The notes under the pieces are model-generated. The model saw only the letters and a list, made by a program, of their open reading frames with translations. It did no database searches and was not told the origin of the DNA. The position numbers and the translations under genes were made by a program. A stretch of DNA of 63,674 bases, filler included, from Octopus bimaculoides (taxonomy: Eukaryota): the NCBI RefSeq assembly GCF_001194135.2. It is 6 parts of 6 records of this genome, joined end to end, with 100 filler letters (N's around TTAATTAATTAA, not from the genome) between each part and the next. Parts side by side here need not be neighbours in the genome. Positions count along the whole stretch, not along the records: positions 1 to 10,047 come from NC_068983.1; positions 10,148 to 31,786 come from NC_068993.1; 4 more parts are not named here. One strand, 5' to 3'. Every line of letters starts with the position of its first letter. Positions within the stretch are counted from its first letter, which is position 1. Shown piece after piece: positions 1 through 12,020 of this stretch.

Positions 1-150
1 ATGGGAGAATTTACGAAAAAAACAACAAAGACAGGTGGTGTAAACAACAAATGGATGTATTAGTTTAACGCTCGGGAATAGAGAAAGTCTTTGACGTTTC
101 GAGCCTACGCTCTTCAACTGAATGGAACACAGAAAGAAACAAGGAGAATA
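1..150 (-). mobile_element. Penelope-like-element terminal (pLTR-type) fragment with degenerate minimal hammerhead
   Basis: Minus strand reads CAGTTGA-A-GAGC-gtag-GCTC-GAAAC-GTC-aaag (89-124), the minimal type I hammerhead layout typical of PLE termini; abuts a (CA/TA)n run. Confidence 0.5.
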
Positions 151-299
151 TATATACACACATACACACATACACACCACACACACAGGCACGCATTACG
201 CATGCACACATACATACACATACGGTCATTTACAATTTGTTTATTATGACTATATAGGAAAGTGGTTATACACCATTAGGTGAACACCCGCTTTCCTAT

Positions 300-640
300 A
301 TTAATTTCTAGAAGAAATAACGTAACGCTGACTCTGAACTATCAACACAACAATATTTATTTACCGAGGAAATAGGCATGGTTGCTGAGACGCCGGAATG
401 TTGTTGTGAGCTGTCCCCAGAGTTGGAATGTTGGAAACACAGCTTGATACGACCACGCTCATGTGAGAGAGCTCTGTTGGACCTGAGTTACCTCTTCGTC
501 GGCCGGCGAGAAAAGAGCATGAAAAGAGCGGGAACGTTTAGATGTTGAATTCCACGCATGCGCATGAGACTCTTCCCGTGTTCCTTCCGGAACTATTCCC
601 TGCGCAGGGAATAGGAGGTAAAAAAAGTAATGTAATCAGA
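300..640 (-). mobile_element. GC-richer LTR-like or promoter-like repeat segment (unclassified)
   Basis: CpG-rich island in AT-rich context; minus-strand AATAAA followed by a TG-rich U5-like tract; CGCATGCGCA motif and a 20-bp palindrome at 594-613. No partner LTR in the window. Confidence 0.25.
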
Positions 641-674
641 AAATAAATAAAATAAAATGGAACTGACACTATCT

Positions 675-994
675 TGGCACTCCTCCGTCGGTTACTACAA
701 CGAAGGTTCTCGCTGATCCGATGAACGGAAGAGCCTGTTTGGGAAATTAACGTGCTAAGCGCTCCATTGACACGCGTACCCGTTATGTAATTCTCAGAGA
801 GATTTAGCGTGATACAAAATGTGACAAGGCTGACCCGCTGAAATACAAGTACAACTCATTCTCTGCAGCCGAATAGACTGGAACAGCGTGAAATAAAGTG
901 TCTTGCTCAAGGACACAACGCATCGCCAAGTATCGAACTCACGTCCTTACAGTCTTGAGCCGAGTACTCTAACCACTTAATCTTGTGCCTCCAC
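675..994 (-). mobile_element. tRNA-derived SINE, family A (CORE-like body, GTAACCGACGGAG tail)
   Basis: Minus head with A box (AAGTGGTTAGA) and B box (GAGTTCGATAC), then TGTGTCCTTGAGCAAGACACTTTATTTCAC; homologous to 36704-37016 and 59267-59570. Confidence 0.85.
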
Positions 995-1295
995 TACCCT
1001 TCAATCATACATCGCACCAGGAGATACTGGTATTCTCCTGTAAACTCTGTCAGGCACCCCAAAATAATAACAGCATTACCCAGGTAACCGTGTGATTAAG
1101 CCACTTGAACGGCTGAGTATACGGATATCGTCTGATACTTCGGTGAGACGGAATGCCAACGAAGTCAAAGCAGCTTATCAACAGGATGTCCATATATAGT
1201 CACAGGGGAAGAAGTCACAATTTTAGCCTAGAAAAAGAAAAGTGAATGGAAAAAGAAGTCACATTTTATTTAAATACTATAAACAAAATAATAAA

Positions 1296-1467
1296 CTTTA
1301 CTTTGCTTGCTTGCTTTGCTTCACGCTCTTGCTTGATAGGGCTGGGGTCATCTCAACTTAGTGGTCCCAGAGAAGTCATCATGCGTAGAACCGACCAGGT
1401 CCACCAGTGTTCTACATCACTGGCGGTCCCGTGCTAACCCCTTTGCTTCCCCCAAGGTGATGTCACC
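1296..1467 (-). mobile_element. Short retroposed insertion (5'-truncated LINE end or SINE) with 20-bp TSD
   Basis: ACTATAAACAAAATAATAAA (1276-1295) and ACTATAAACAAAGTAATAAA (1468-1487) flank it; minus-strand 3' tail is AAGCAAAGCAAGCAAGCAAAG. Confidence 0.7.
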
Positions 1468-2734
1468 ACTATAAACAAAGTAATAAAGCAAAAGATATTT
1501 TAAATCAACAATTAACTAACGATACATGGCTTTTACACAATTTATATATGTGATATTATACGTAAAACCACAAAAAACCTTTTATTCAATTTCTTAAAGA
1601 AAATGAAACACAAAATTTAAATCAGTCGTTTATTGACAAAACGTGATATATATAGATTGAAAATACCTTATGTAATACCGTGTCTTTTATTCCTGTGACT
1701 TCTCATCTTGGATTTCTCTTCGACTCAGCTTCTCGCGAGCATCTCAAATGTCACAGTTTGGAAAAATATGATGTACCAACAACAAAACACTCCGTGTTTC
1801 AATGTCTTATTCCGTTCTGCTTACGATTTCAATAAACCCTACCTCCACCGGAATGTCAAGGATGTATGATATAGCGCGAAGTATCTATCTTTAGAGAGTA
1901 GAATGATTCTCAAACGATATAATGATGAAAATATTTCTAGATAGTAATTTAAAACGAGGAGAGGAGTTAAGAAAACCTGTGATCGCAAGGAGTGGGGACG
2001 TCGTCTGAGATTCTGATAACCTCTGTCCCAGAACAAAGTCAAAGTTTATTCTCACCATCCTTCGACAATTTCACAAGTTCCAGAATTGAGGTGATGTTAA
2101 CCTAGACAAAGAAAGACTTGTTAAATTATTGAGTTTTTATAGACTTTATCTGTTAAAAGGAGAAGTGAAAGAATTTATTTCATTTTTAATTAGTTTTGTT
2201 CTTGTGTGTGAATGTAGCGAGACTCGAAACTGTCGTCACATTATGGAGTTTAAACCACGATATCACTCAACCCTGTTCAAGTGAAAGGTCGAGTTATTAG
2301 CCAGTCAGCAGCCAATTTTCACGTGATAGACCATTCTAGATCCTGCTAGAATATTCTCGATGCTCGGGTTATAAACAGGGTTTGTTTGAGCGTTAACTTT
2401 CAGTGTGCCAAACTTATCCGCTTCACACGCTTCTTTGCTGCATACATAGTCATTTTAGCGATTTCATGCTCAACCTGGATATGTGTTATATCTGGCAAAT
2501 ATAAATCGATGTGTACAGATTCTAATGTTTAGTCAAGCTCCAGTACCAAGTTTTTGTATCCAGCTTAACATGTAGGTTACAATATATCTCTTACAGTTAT
2601 GTTAATTGATGTGAAGTTTGATATAATTTTTGACCAATTCGAAATATGATTTACTTATTTGTATTGTGTTGTTGCCTCATTAAACGCAGCCTCACGCATA
2701 TCATCATCAGCAGCAACATACATACGACAGAACC

Positions 2735-3728
2735 AAGCAACCACCACCCAACGTTGGATCACGTCAAGGTTACTGACCTAGTTAACCTTTTCCTTCTTTC
2801 CCAGAATAACCAACACTTCCCCCAAACGCTTCGGAGGTCTCTACAGAGATGGTGCACTCCTCACAGCCATCGGTTTATCTCGAACGCCAATTAAACGCAT
2901 TCGGAAAGTCCTCTAGATTCTATAAAAATTACAACCTATCTCTTTTGAAATAACATCTAAGTAGCTAATTTCTCAGTTTCTCGATTTAGATGCAAATCTA
3001 TATTACCCTTTAAATCACCACAATATATCAACGTCCTATCCAATTATAAAAGATTTCCGGCTAATGGACATGAGTTACAATAAGATAGATCTTTCCGCGG
3101 AAACCACTGATCTGGAGAGCTTGGTTACAATACGAGGCATGATTGTTAAATATGTCTTCATTTGCTGATGAGTTGGAACTTCTAATAGAGACACCGGGGA
3201 CGATGCTATTAAGGGTAAGTGTAATGTAATTGGATAGGACGTTGGTATATTGTAGTGATTTAAAGGGTAATATGACCACATATAACGGCGGTGACACCCT
3301 TCCCAGCCTAACACCGGTACTGATAATACCTCCCGTACTTCTTTGGTAGTAAGTGACCATACGAATCAGACCTCTGCATGGATCAATTTCAACCACAGTG
3401 TTGGTAGGATGATCCCATTAAGCAAGGATCTACATTGGCAGCACAGTCGATTTCAAGTGTCGCTATCGAGCACACACGAATTCTTTCTCTAGTTGAACCT
3501 CTAAGCTATCTGCCTTTCTAGCAATTTATATATATAATCTCAGATCCCCAAATATTCCCTATGCTCTACTTTCGTCCATTATGTGCGAGGCTCCCCTGTA
3601 CAGCACAATCCTCAGAATTTGTAAGATGTGTTTAAGGGAATCACTCGACGTCCTCCGCCACCAAAAACTCTTCATTACTCACTAGATTCTCAGATGTAAT
3701 CGTTTCATGTAGACACAAATTTTATTGA
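2735..3728 (+). pseudogene. Decayed Penelope-like retroelement RT + GIY-YIG endonuclease (Naiad-like)
   Basis: Plus-strand remnants VTDLVNLFLLSQ, GLYRDG (2836-2853), FLD, IYIGSTVDFKCRYRAH (from 3428), ICKMCLRE and LLTRFSDVIVSCRHKFY* (stop 3726-3728); RT thumb (SNSSANEDIFNNHASYCNQALQISGF) lies inverted on the minus strand at ~3061-3273. Confidence 0.75.
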
Positions 3729-4031
3729 TCGTTCGCTCATTATGTAAAGTCTATATAATTCCCCTGATTACAATACAACCTTAAATTACAACTTAGCCGT
3801 ATTAGCAACATATCCCTTCTACTTATACTTTCTCATTCTGTCTGTCTTCCCCCCCCCCCCACATACATATATATATATACACTCTTTGCATATTTCTCCT
3901 ACCTAGCACATCCTCTTATACCGTCACTCCACCCTTATACTTCGAATTACTTCCTTACCTCCTACTAGCTTTATTCTCAACCAGAACTACTTATCACTAC
4001 CTACCCCCTGCTATTGCTACCAACCTACCCA

Positions 4032-4062
<31 letters not shown>

Positions 4063-4340
4063 GCCCACTCTCTCTAGTTATTCTCATAACTTTCTACCTA
4101 CTTCAGTATTCTCCCCTTGCCGTCATTCTTCGAATTTCCTCCCTGCCGGCATTCTATAACTAGATCCCTTTCCTTCATTTTAATACCCCACCCCTTCTCT
4201 CATCGTATCTACTTACCTTTCTAAGTTATATTGCCTCCACCATTCCTGATTAATAACATCTGTTGTCAAACCCAACAACGACGTCACCCTAGCAATGATA
4301 CCCACCCTACCCCTTCCCACTCATCCCTCGACTCACCGCT
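3729..4340 (+). mobile_element. Pyrimidine-rich 3' region of the Penelope-like element with (TA)n/(CT)n
   Basis: Directly follows the GIY-YIG stop; C/T-rich with microsatellites; possible decayed hammerhead at 4246-4271. Confidence 0.4.
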
Positions 4341-4349
4341 TCTACTACT

Positions 4350-5710
4350 CTCAATTCCCCTTAAAAGGGAGGGGAACGAAGTGAAAGTGTTCCCCGCTAA
4401 AGAAGTTTTAAAGGAAAAGCAAGAAAAAAAACAATAATTTACAGGACGTACTCAGTAGCAACCAGGAAAATTGAAGTCATGTCGACGGCTCAAGTTGAAA
4501 AGGCACTTAAACCAATCTGGCAAGGGATTTCTTACCTTGCCAGAAGAAAAAAGTTTGGAACAGTGGAGGTGCAGTTTCGGGAAGTAGCTACTGCCAGGCT
4601 GCATTCAGCAACACCGTTAAAATCAGATGAAGCGGTGCTTCTACCGGTATACTTTGGGAGACGTGCTTCCAGGGTTAGGGTAGAAGAGATACCCCTAGAA
4701 ATTGATGTAGCCTGGCTAGCAGCTGCCATACTGCTGGGCATGGAGGAGAAGATAGTAGTCCTTCAGGTCACCAAAATTCCCCACAGGAACTGGCAAGGAC
4801 AAAACCTAAACATGATAGTATAGGCGGCCACGGAAGACATCGAAAACATGGTCGAAGCCATCACGGTCGGAGAGGTAATACTCAGAGTTAGAGTGGAAGG
4901 AAGGATCCCGTGGTGCTAAAAATGTGGCCTTTCATGCGGACTGACCTCCATCACTCGTGAAGGATAAAGAGAAACACGAGAGCGAGAAGGAAATTGCAAC
5001 TTCGCCACCGACGAAAACCAGTACCAGCGTCGAGGAGGTGGTGAACGAGGAAAGGAACGGATGGGAAGAAAAGAAGAAAGAGAAGAAAAAAGTACACGTA
5101 AATGATGACCCCCATCCCACACCTACCCGACTCCCACTCACACTCATTTTACACCAACCACTCCCTGCAGACACCAACCCTCTCATACCCCACCTGACAC
5201 GAAGACAAACACAAGCATATATCGTACTGTACACCAAACAAAATGAATAACTTATAATGAGATAGGCTCGTGGGACGCAGCGATAATAGTGAACATACCA
5301 GGAGTAACGGGGTTGTCCGAGTACATTCGCTGTGCGGTAGTGGACCCGATGTATCTTACGAGATTAAAGGATTATGAGGAAGACTTTGAATGGTGGGTCA
5401 AGAAAATAAACTCCAGTACAATGCCAGAACGGGTAAGCTATTTTGATAGTTTAAAGAAATATAATAAAGATATTCCGCGTAAAAGTGGAAATTAGCTGTT
5501 GCAAATGGTGTTACAGATGGTGTTGTAAACTTGTGTCTTAAAAAAGAAATTGTATTAACAAGTTCAATGAAGTCGCTCGGAGGTGGGGGCCGAACGGCTT
5601 CATTTCATCTTTCATTACATTTAATGCATCCTTTCCATTCGTTTTGTTTTTTGTCCCCACTTTGTGCTGTCCTCAACTATGCACGGCTTTCATGGCCAAA
5701 TTAATAAAAT
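4350..5710 (+). pseudogene. L1/Tx1-type LINE ORF1 (gag-like) remnant followed by a short 3' UTR and AATAAA
   Basis: Reading YSVATRKIEVMSTAQVEK...WLAAAILLG...MIV*AATED...VRVEGRIPWC*KCG (zinc-knuckle start), a low-complexity charged linker and C-terminal ORF 5289-5495; frameshift in the A-run near 4430, in-frame stops, AATAAA at 5703-5708. Family assignment is from recalled similarity. Confidence 0.6.
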
Positions 5711-6483
5711 ACTGTTGGTTTCAGACCTTCTAAGGTCTAACCACTGACCACATGACAGCCAGTTCCAGCCACGTCGCCAGACAACTCTCGTCCAACAGCA
5801 TTACAGTAACCTTCATCTTCGTCGCCACCATCTATGATGTCTCTCACCAACGTCGTCAACATCACTACACAGCACCAACAACACTGCATAGGTTCTAACA
5901 TATCGTTGTTCGTGAGCTACCTCACCTTAGTTAACAGCAAGCATACAAATCACGCAGATGCATGTAGATATATGAATAAATGTTCATCAGCCATTTCCAT
6001 TTATCATTCAGCTTGCATATATACATATATATGTGTGTGTGAGGTCCACATTAAAGGTATTTAAAGTTACCACCTCGTTCCAAGTATTTCTTTATACCAT
6101 GTTCTTGTCAAATGATATTACAGCTTTCTGAGTAGAGTCACGTTAGATGATTCCACAACCTAATCGTCTATAATGGTGACCCGACGTGGAACACAGACAT
6201 TTATAAGGCATTAAAATTTTTCTTAATTCTTGTTTTTCAATAGAAAATGAAAACTCGACAATACCCTTGAATATGACTGGAAGATTTTGAGATTTAAAAC
6301 TTTACAGTCACACTTGTAAACATGAATAACAAAAAAAGAAAGTTTCCTCTAAGAGTGCAAATCAATAAAAGTTTCAAAAATGTTAATGGTAAAACGAAAT
6401 GACTACAATTGATCATTTTTATGAGCAATTATTCAGCCAGTAACCTTGTCATCAATATTTAAGTGCCAGGTATGGTGTGTGTG

Positions 6484-6516
<33 letters not shown>

Positions 6517-7333
6517 GCGCGTAAATTGGTTCAAGTTCTGTTTATGCAACAGAAATCTGTCAGTTGTTTTTACCCAGAGAAAAGAATGACTTATAAACTA
6601 TTCAAGTCAGGTAGCTGGCTTTTTAGCAACCAACTTTTTCAACTCAAATATCAACCAGATTGTTTACAGCATTCACCTAGGAAACGTTACTATATTGTTT
6701 GTTGTCCTACTTCGGTTGTCCTTAGAAACTAACTTCAGGAGAGTCCAGCTCAAAATGCCTAGACACAAAAAGTGGGAAGAAGGACTCATATAGAAAATGT
6801 GTTGTTAGAAGTAATAATAATCATGTAAACCACTTATTTTTACTTTCAACGAAAGAATCGAGTTAGTATATGTCACAAATGAAAATATAAGTAAAGATAC
6901 CAAAGTATAGTATTTTTAGGGTAACGTTGATAAGTCAATCATGTCATCGTTCAAAAGAAGACGCGATCCCCTCCCTTTCCCTCGACTTAACAATGATGAA
7001 GAATTATCTGGAATAAAAAAAGAACAGGTTTGATAATTTTGTTTATTCTTGTTATTGCCTTTTAACATTTATAATAATTTCTGATTGTGTGTATAGGAAT
7101 GTATAGATTTTAGATAAGTTTCAACGAGTCGTTAATTAGTAGCTTAGAGAAATGTTCGATTAAAAACACAATGAAAAGTAGCTTGGCTACCGATAAATCA
7201 CGAAGATATATTTACATTCAAAACAGCAGTAGCCACAAATGCAAACGTACTACTTTCACACGCAGGCGCGCGTGCACACAGTCGCACAGGTACCCGCAAC
7301 ACACACACACACACACACATAGACAGACAGACA

Positions 7334-7370
<37 letters not shown>

Positions 7371-8210
7371 ACAAACGTTTGGGTTTGGCAAGCGCTGTGA
7401 ATAAATAGACACAAACTAAGCGGCAGATATTAAATTGAATTAAGGAAAATAGTCAGAACTTATATGCATACGTACATGCATTCATACAGATACACGAGAG
7501 GTGGTTTCACGAAAGTGAAATGAAAATCGTTCTATTTTATCCAATTTCTGTAAAAACTTTTTTATTNNNNNNNNNNNNNNNNNNNNNNNNNNNNNNNNNN
7601 NNNNNNNNNNNNNNNNNNNNNNNNNNNNNNNNNNNNNNNNNNNNNNNNNNNNNNNNNNNNNNNNNNNNNNNNNNNNNNNNNNNNNNNNNNNNNNNNNNNN
7701 NNNNNNNNNNNNNNNNNNNNNNNNNNNNNNNNNNNNNNNNNNNNNNNNNNNNNNNNNNNNNNNNNNNNNNNNNNNNNNNNNNNNNNNNNNNNNNNNNNNN
7801 NNNNNNNNNNNNNNNNNNNNNNNNNNNNNNNNNNNNNNNNNNNNNNNNNNNNNNNNNNNNNNNNNNNNNNNNNNNNNNNNNNNNNNNNNNNNNNNNNNNN
7901 NNNNNNNNNNNNNNNNNNNNNNNNNNNNNNNNNNNNNNNNNNNNNNNNNNNNNNNNNNNNNNNNNNNNNNNNNNNNNNNNNNNNNNNNNNNNNNNNNNNN
8001 NNNNNNNNNNNNNNNNNNNNNNNNNNNNNNNNNNNNNNNNNNNNNNNNNNNNNNNNNNNNNNNNNNNNNNNNNNNNNNNNNNNNNNNNNNNNNNNNNNNN
8101 NNNNNNNNNNNNNNNNNNNNNNNNNNNNNNNNNNNNNNNNNNNNNNNNNNNNNNNNNNNNNNNNNNNNNNNNNNNNNNNNNNNNNNNNNNNNNNNNNNNN
8201 NNNNNNNNNN

Positions 8211-8280
<70 letters not shown>

Positions 8281-8282
<2 letters not shown>

Positions 8283-8515
8283 CGAGTGAGTCAAAAGCAG
8301 CGACCAATTCCTGTTTATTATTGATACGTACGAGTTCCCAATTAGGAGATACTTTTGACTCCTAATTCTTGTTTTACGGGTTGGGATTTTAAAGGGTATT
8401 AACAACATGATACACGATCTATATTTAATAACTTTCAAAGCTTTCACTAATAACCCGCAAAACAAAGAAAGGTATGACTTTCAGGAAACTGGGCGCTACT
8501 TTTGACTCACCTTAT
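8281..8515. mobile_element. Tc1/mariner-type MITE
   Basis: Terminal inverted repeats GTGAGTCAAAAGCAGCG (8286) and CGCTACTTTTGACTCAC (ending 8510), in TA-rich flanks. Confidence 0.6.
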
Positions 8516-8589
8516 GTATGTATATATATATGTATATGTACGTATGTATATATATATATGAATGTATGTATATCTATGTATGTATGTAT

Positions 8590-9925
8590 ATCATCATATC
8601 ATCGTCGTCGTTTAACGTCCGCTTTCCATGCTGGTATGGGTTGGACGGTTTGACTGAGGGCTGGCGAGCCAGAAGGCTGCACCAGGCTCTAGTCTGATCT
8701 GGCAAAGTTTCTTCAGCTGGATGCCCTTCCTAACTCCAACCACTTCGAGAGTGTAGTGGGTGCTTTTATGTGCCATCGGCACGAGGGCCAGTCAGGCGAT
8801 ACAGGCATCGGCCATGCTCAAATAGTGCTTTTTATTTGCCGCCTGCACAGGAACCAGTTCGGCGGCACTGGCAACGACCACGCTTGAATGTTGTTTTTTA
8901 CGTGTCACCGACACAGAAGCCAGTCAGGCGATGCTGGCAACAATCACGTTCGAATGGTGCTTTTTACGTGCCACCAGTACGGGAGCCAGCCAGCGGCCCT
9001 GGCAATAATCACCCTCGAATGGTGCTTTCAACATTCCACTGGCACGGGTGCCAATCAGGTGATACTGTCATCGACCACGACAACGATTTCACTTGCCTCA
9101 ACAGGTCTTCGCAAGCGTAGTTTATTGTCCAATGGTTGAAGGGTACTCTTAAATGGGCTGGTTATACAGCACTGGCATAGGGCACGGTTATGGTCTCACT
9201 TGGCTTGCCGGGTCTTCTTAAGCACAGCATATTTCCAAAGGTCTTGGTCACTTGTCATTGCCTTGGTGAGGCCCAATATTCGAAGGTTGTGCTTCACCAC
9301 CTCATCCCAGGTCTTCCTGGGCCTACCTCTTCCACAGGTTCCCTCAACTGCTAGGGTGGGATACTTTTTCACAGAGCTGTCCTCATCCATTCGCGACACA
9401 TGACCACACCAGCGCAGTCATCTCTCTTGCACACCACATCTGATGCTTCTTAGGTCCATCTTTTCTCTCAGGGCGCTTACACTCTGCCGTGTATGCACAC
9501 TGACATTACACATCCATCGGAACATACTGGCTTCATTCCTTGCAAGCTTACACATGCCCTCAGCAGTCACAGCCCATTTTTCACTGCCATGTAGCATGGC
9601 TGTTCATACACATGCGTCATACAGTCTACCTTTTACTCTGAGCAAGAGGCCCTTTGTCACCAGCAGAGGTAGGAGCTCTCTGAACTTTGTTCAGGCTATT
9701 CTTATTCTAGCAGCTACACTTTCAGAGTATCCACCCCCGCTACTGACTAGGTAACGGAAGCTATCAACTACTTGCAGTGTTTTCCCCTGGAAAGTGATGG
9801 AAGCTGTTCTCTGCACATTTTCATTGTTTATTGCTCCTGAGCATTTGCTACACACAAAAACTATCTTCCCAGTTAGCCTTCCTTTGATATTGCTGTGCCT
9901 CTTATGGTACACTGGGTACATCTTA
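8590..9925 (-). mobile_element. 5'-truncated RTE-clade LINE (RT C-terminal region, 3' UTR, (GAT)n tail)
   Basis: Minus frames give VDSFRYL...SGGGYSESVAARIRIA and VEGTCGRGRPRKTWDEVVK...DLWKYAV; ends GCGGACGTTAAACGACGACGATG; frameshifted. Confidence 0.9.
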
Positions 9926-10401
9926 TGGAGTTTCTACCGACGACTTTTCTACCGACGACTTTTCTACAGATCGAGCAGGGCCATCTACCTAAGGGATTTG
10001 TGGTTTGTCTGCCTTCTTACTTATTAAGACATATATGTATATATATANNNNNNNNNNNNNNNNNNNNNNNNNNNNNNNNNNNNNNNNNNNNTTAATTAAT
10101 TAANNNNNNNNNNNNNNNNNNNNNNNNNNNNNNNNNNNNNNNNNNNNGCTTCTCACCGTCTAGTATTGAAATAATAATGGAAGTTTAACTCGAATCAATT
10201 TGTATTCCTCAAGCCGTTCTACTATTCAGACCAGTTAGAGCTTTGAACAAAACGCATAGCAGTATTTGCTCCGATTTGATGGTCTAGACTCAAATCCTGC
10301 CAGAGTTAACTTAGCTTTTCAACCTTCCAAGCCCGTATAAAATACAACGTCCAAACACGTACTGGGGAACTTTTAATCGACTAACCCTGCTTTCACCAAA
10401 C

Positions 10402-10448
<47 letters not shown>

Positions 10449-10735
10449 GAAAAAATAGCAAAGTACCAGGACCTAGCTATTGACTTACAGAGACTATGAA
10501 AAATGCGGATAAAATGTATCCCAGTAGTTATAGATGCATTGGGAACTATCCCTAAAGATCTGAACAGAGGGATAGAGGAAATAGGCATAAAACCCAGCTT
10601 AGTACAGCTCCAGAAAATAGTGTTATTAGGGACAGCAAGGATATTTAGGAGGCTTCTTGGCATCTAAGGTTACTTGTAACCCGATGTTAGGATGTTTTCT
10701 TTTCCAACAGTCTAATCTGTTGTTTGTATATGAAA
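10449..10735 (+). mobile_element. 3' end of an RLE-type LINE (R4/Dong-like) inserted in (TAA)n
   Basis: 10449-10667 translates EKIAKYQDLAIDLQRL*KMRIKCIPVVIDALGTIPKDLNRGIEEIGIKPSLVQLQKIVLLGTARIFRRLLGI*; (TAA)n on both sides (10402-10447, 10735-10839). Confidence 0.8.
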
Positions 10736-10756
10736 ATAATAATAATAATAATAATG

Positions 10757-10842
<86 letters not shown>

Positions 10843-11869
10843 GTTGTGGCCTTATACGTTTACAAGAAATTATTGCTATAAGAAAATAATTTAGTCTAAA
10901 ATAGAAATTAGTGAGTCACACAAACTAATGGAGAGAAACCAACATAGAGTTGCTATTGATATATGGTGACAGAGTTAACTGAAATAGGACGGGGATATCG
11001 TCGAATAAACGTTCTGTTGTAATTGATCGAATTAACTTTGTTGTCAATGATAGATTTAAGTAAAACAGAGCCGTGATATTATCATCCATTCCTGTATGAG
11101 GAATCGAACTCGGCACCAACTTGATACCAGCTTAGCTAGCTAGCTCAACTCTGTGTTTTCTGCACTTCTTTATGGCACCTACTAATAGGGACTGGACTAC
11201 TTGTTTTTAAGAAGGTCAATGCAACAACAATCGACAGTTGGTGTCCACTCTTTGTCGAAACATTGGGCTCGAACTGATTAATTTCCGTCTCGCTGAATTT
11301 GCAGAAATAAAATACCAGGCAAAATAGAAAAGGACGTTCGTGATTAAATGATTGAAGAACTTATGTAGAAATATGACGTTGCGATGTTCATAACTCTCCG
11401 AAAGTTGTCAAAGACATTTACGAAGAAGTAGGTAAGAGGAGTTTAACAAAATATTCGTGGATCAGTCGGAGATTCAACGACAGCAAAATTCACGACTGTC
11501 ACACTCAGCTCAACTAAAATTGAAATAATTTAATTAGTTTCGGGTCAAACGTCAACGTCTAAGGGGGATAACTCGGCGGAATGTCGTATATACATATACA
11601 TGTATACTAACACAAATTATACGTGCATATTTGAATATACATACACACACACCCGCATAAAATTCACTAAAACACACACATTCGCATACAACGCAGTAAA
11701 ATACGCACACACGTACACAAGTACACACAAACAAACACAAGCATATGTATTTTTACGAATATATTTAAAATATTAATTTATGTTAAATTATGTGGCATTG
11801 TGATGATAGATAAATAACTTTATGAGGGCGCTGTTGGCATAATCTTTTGTGTGTTAGAAAAACTGTCGG

Positions 11870-12020
11870 GCCTTATCTACTTACCTTCTTTTACGTCTCC
11901 GTATATGTTCCAAGTTCAAATCACACTGGCGTCAATTTTGTCTTCCAATCTTCCGAGATCGATAAAATTATGAACCAGTCAAGAACTGGAATCAATATAG
12001 ACCATTATACCCTACCCCTG
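11870..12020 (+). mobile_element. Degenerate family B SINE fragment
   Basis: AGTTCAAATC B box followed by TTTGTCTTCCAATCTTCCGAGATCGATAAAATTATGAACCAG, homologous to the family B central domain. Confidence 0.55.

Noticed and set aside
2205-2240. GAG-A-CTC-GAAACTGTC hammerhead-like motif
   Set aside because: The core upstream reads ATGTAGC (three mismatches to CUGANGA) and stem I is out of register.
6985-7090. Possible C/D box snoRNA (ATGATGA...CTGA)
   Set aside because: Terminal stem geometry is non-canonical and the guide region is AT-rich with no recognisable rRNA complement.
10092-10103. TTAATTAATTAA islands inside N runs (also 31831-31842, 39987-39998, 50630-50641, 62457-62468)
   Set aside because: An identical palindromic six-frame stop 12-mer centred in ~100-bp gaps is a scaffolding spacer, not biology.
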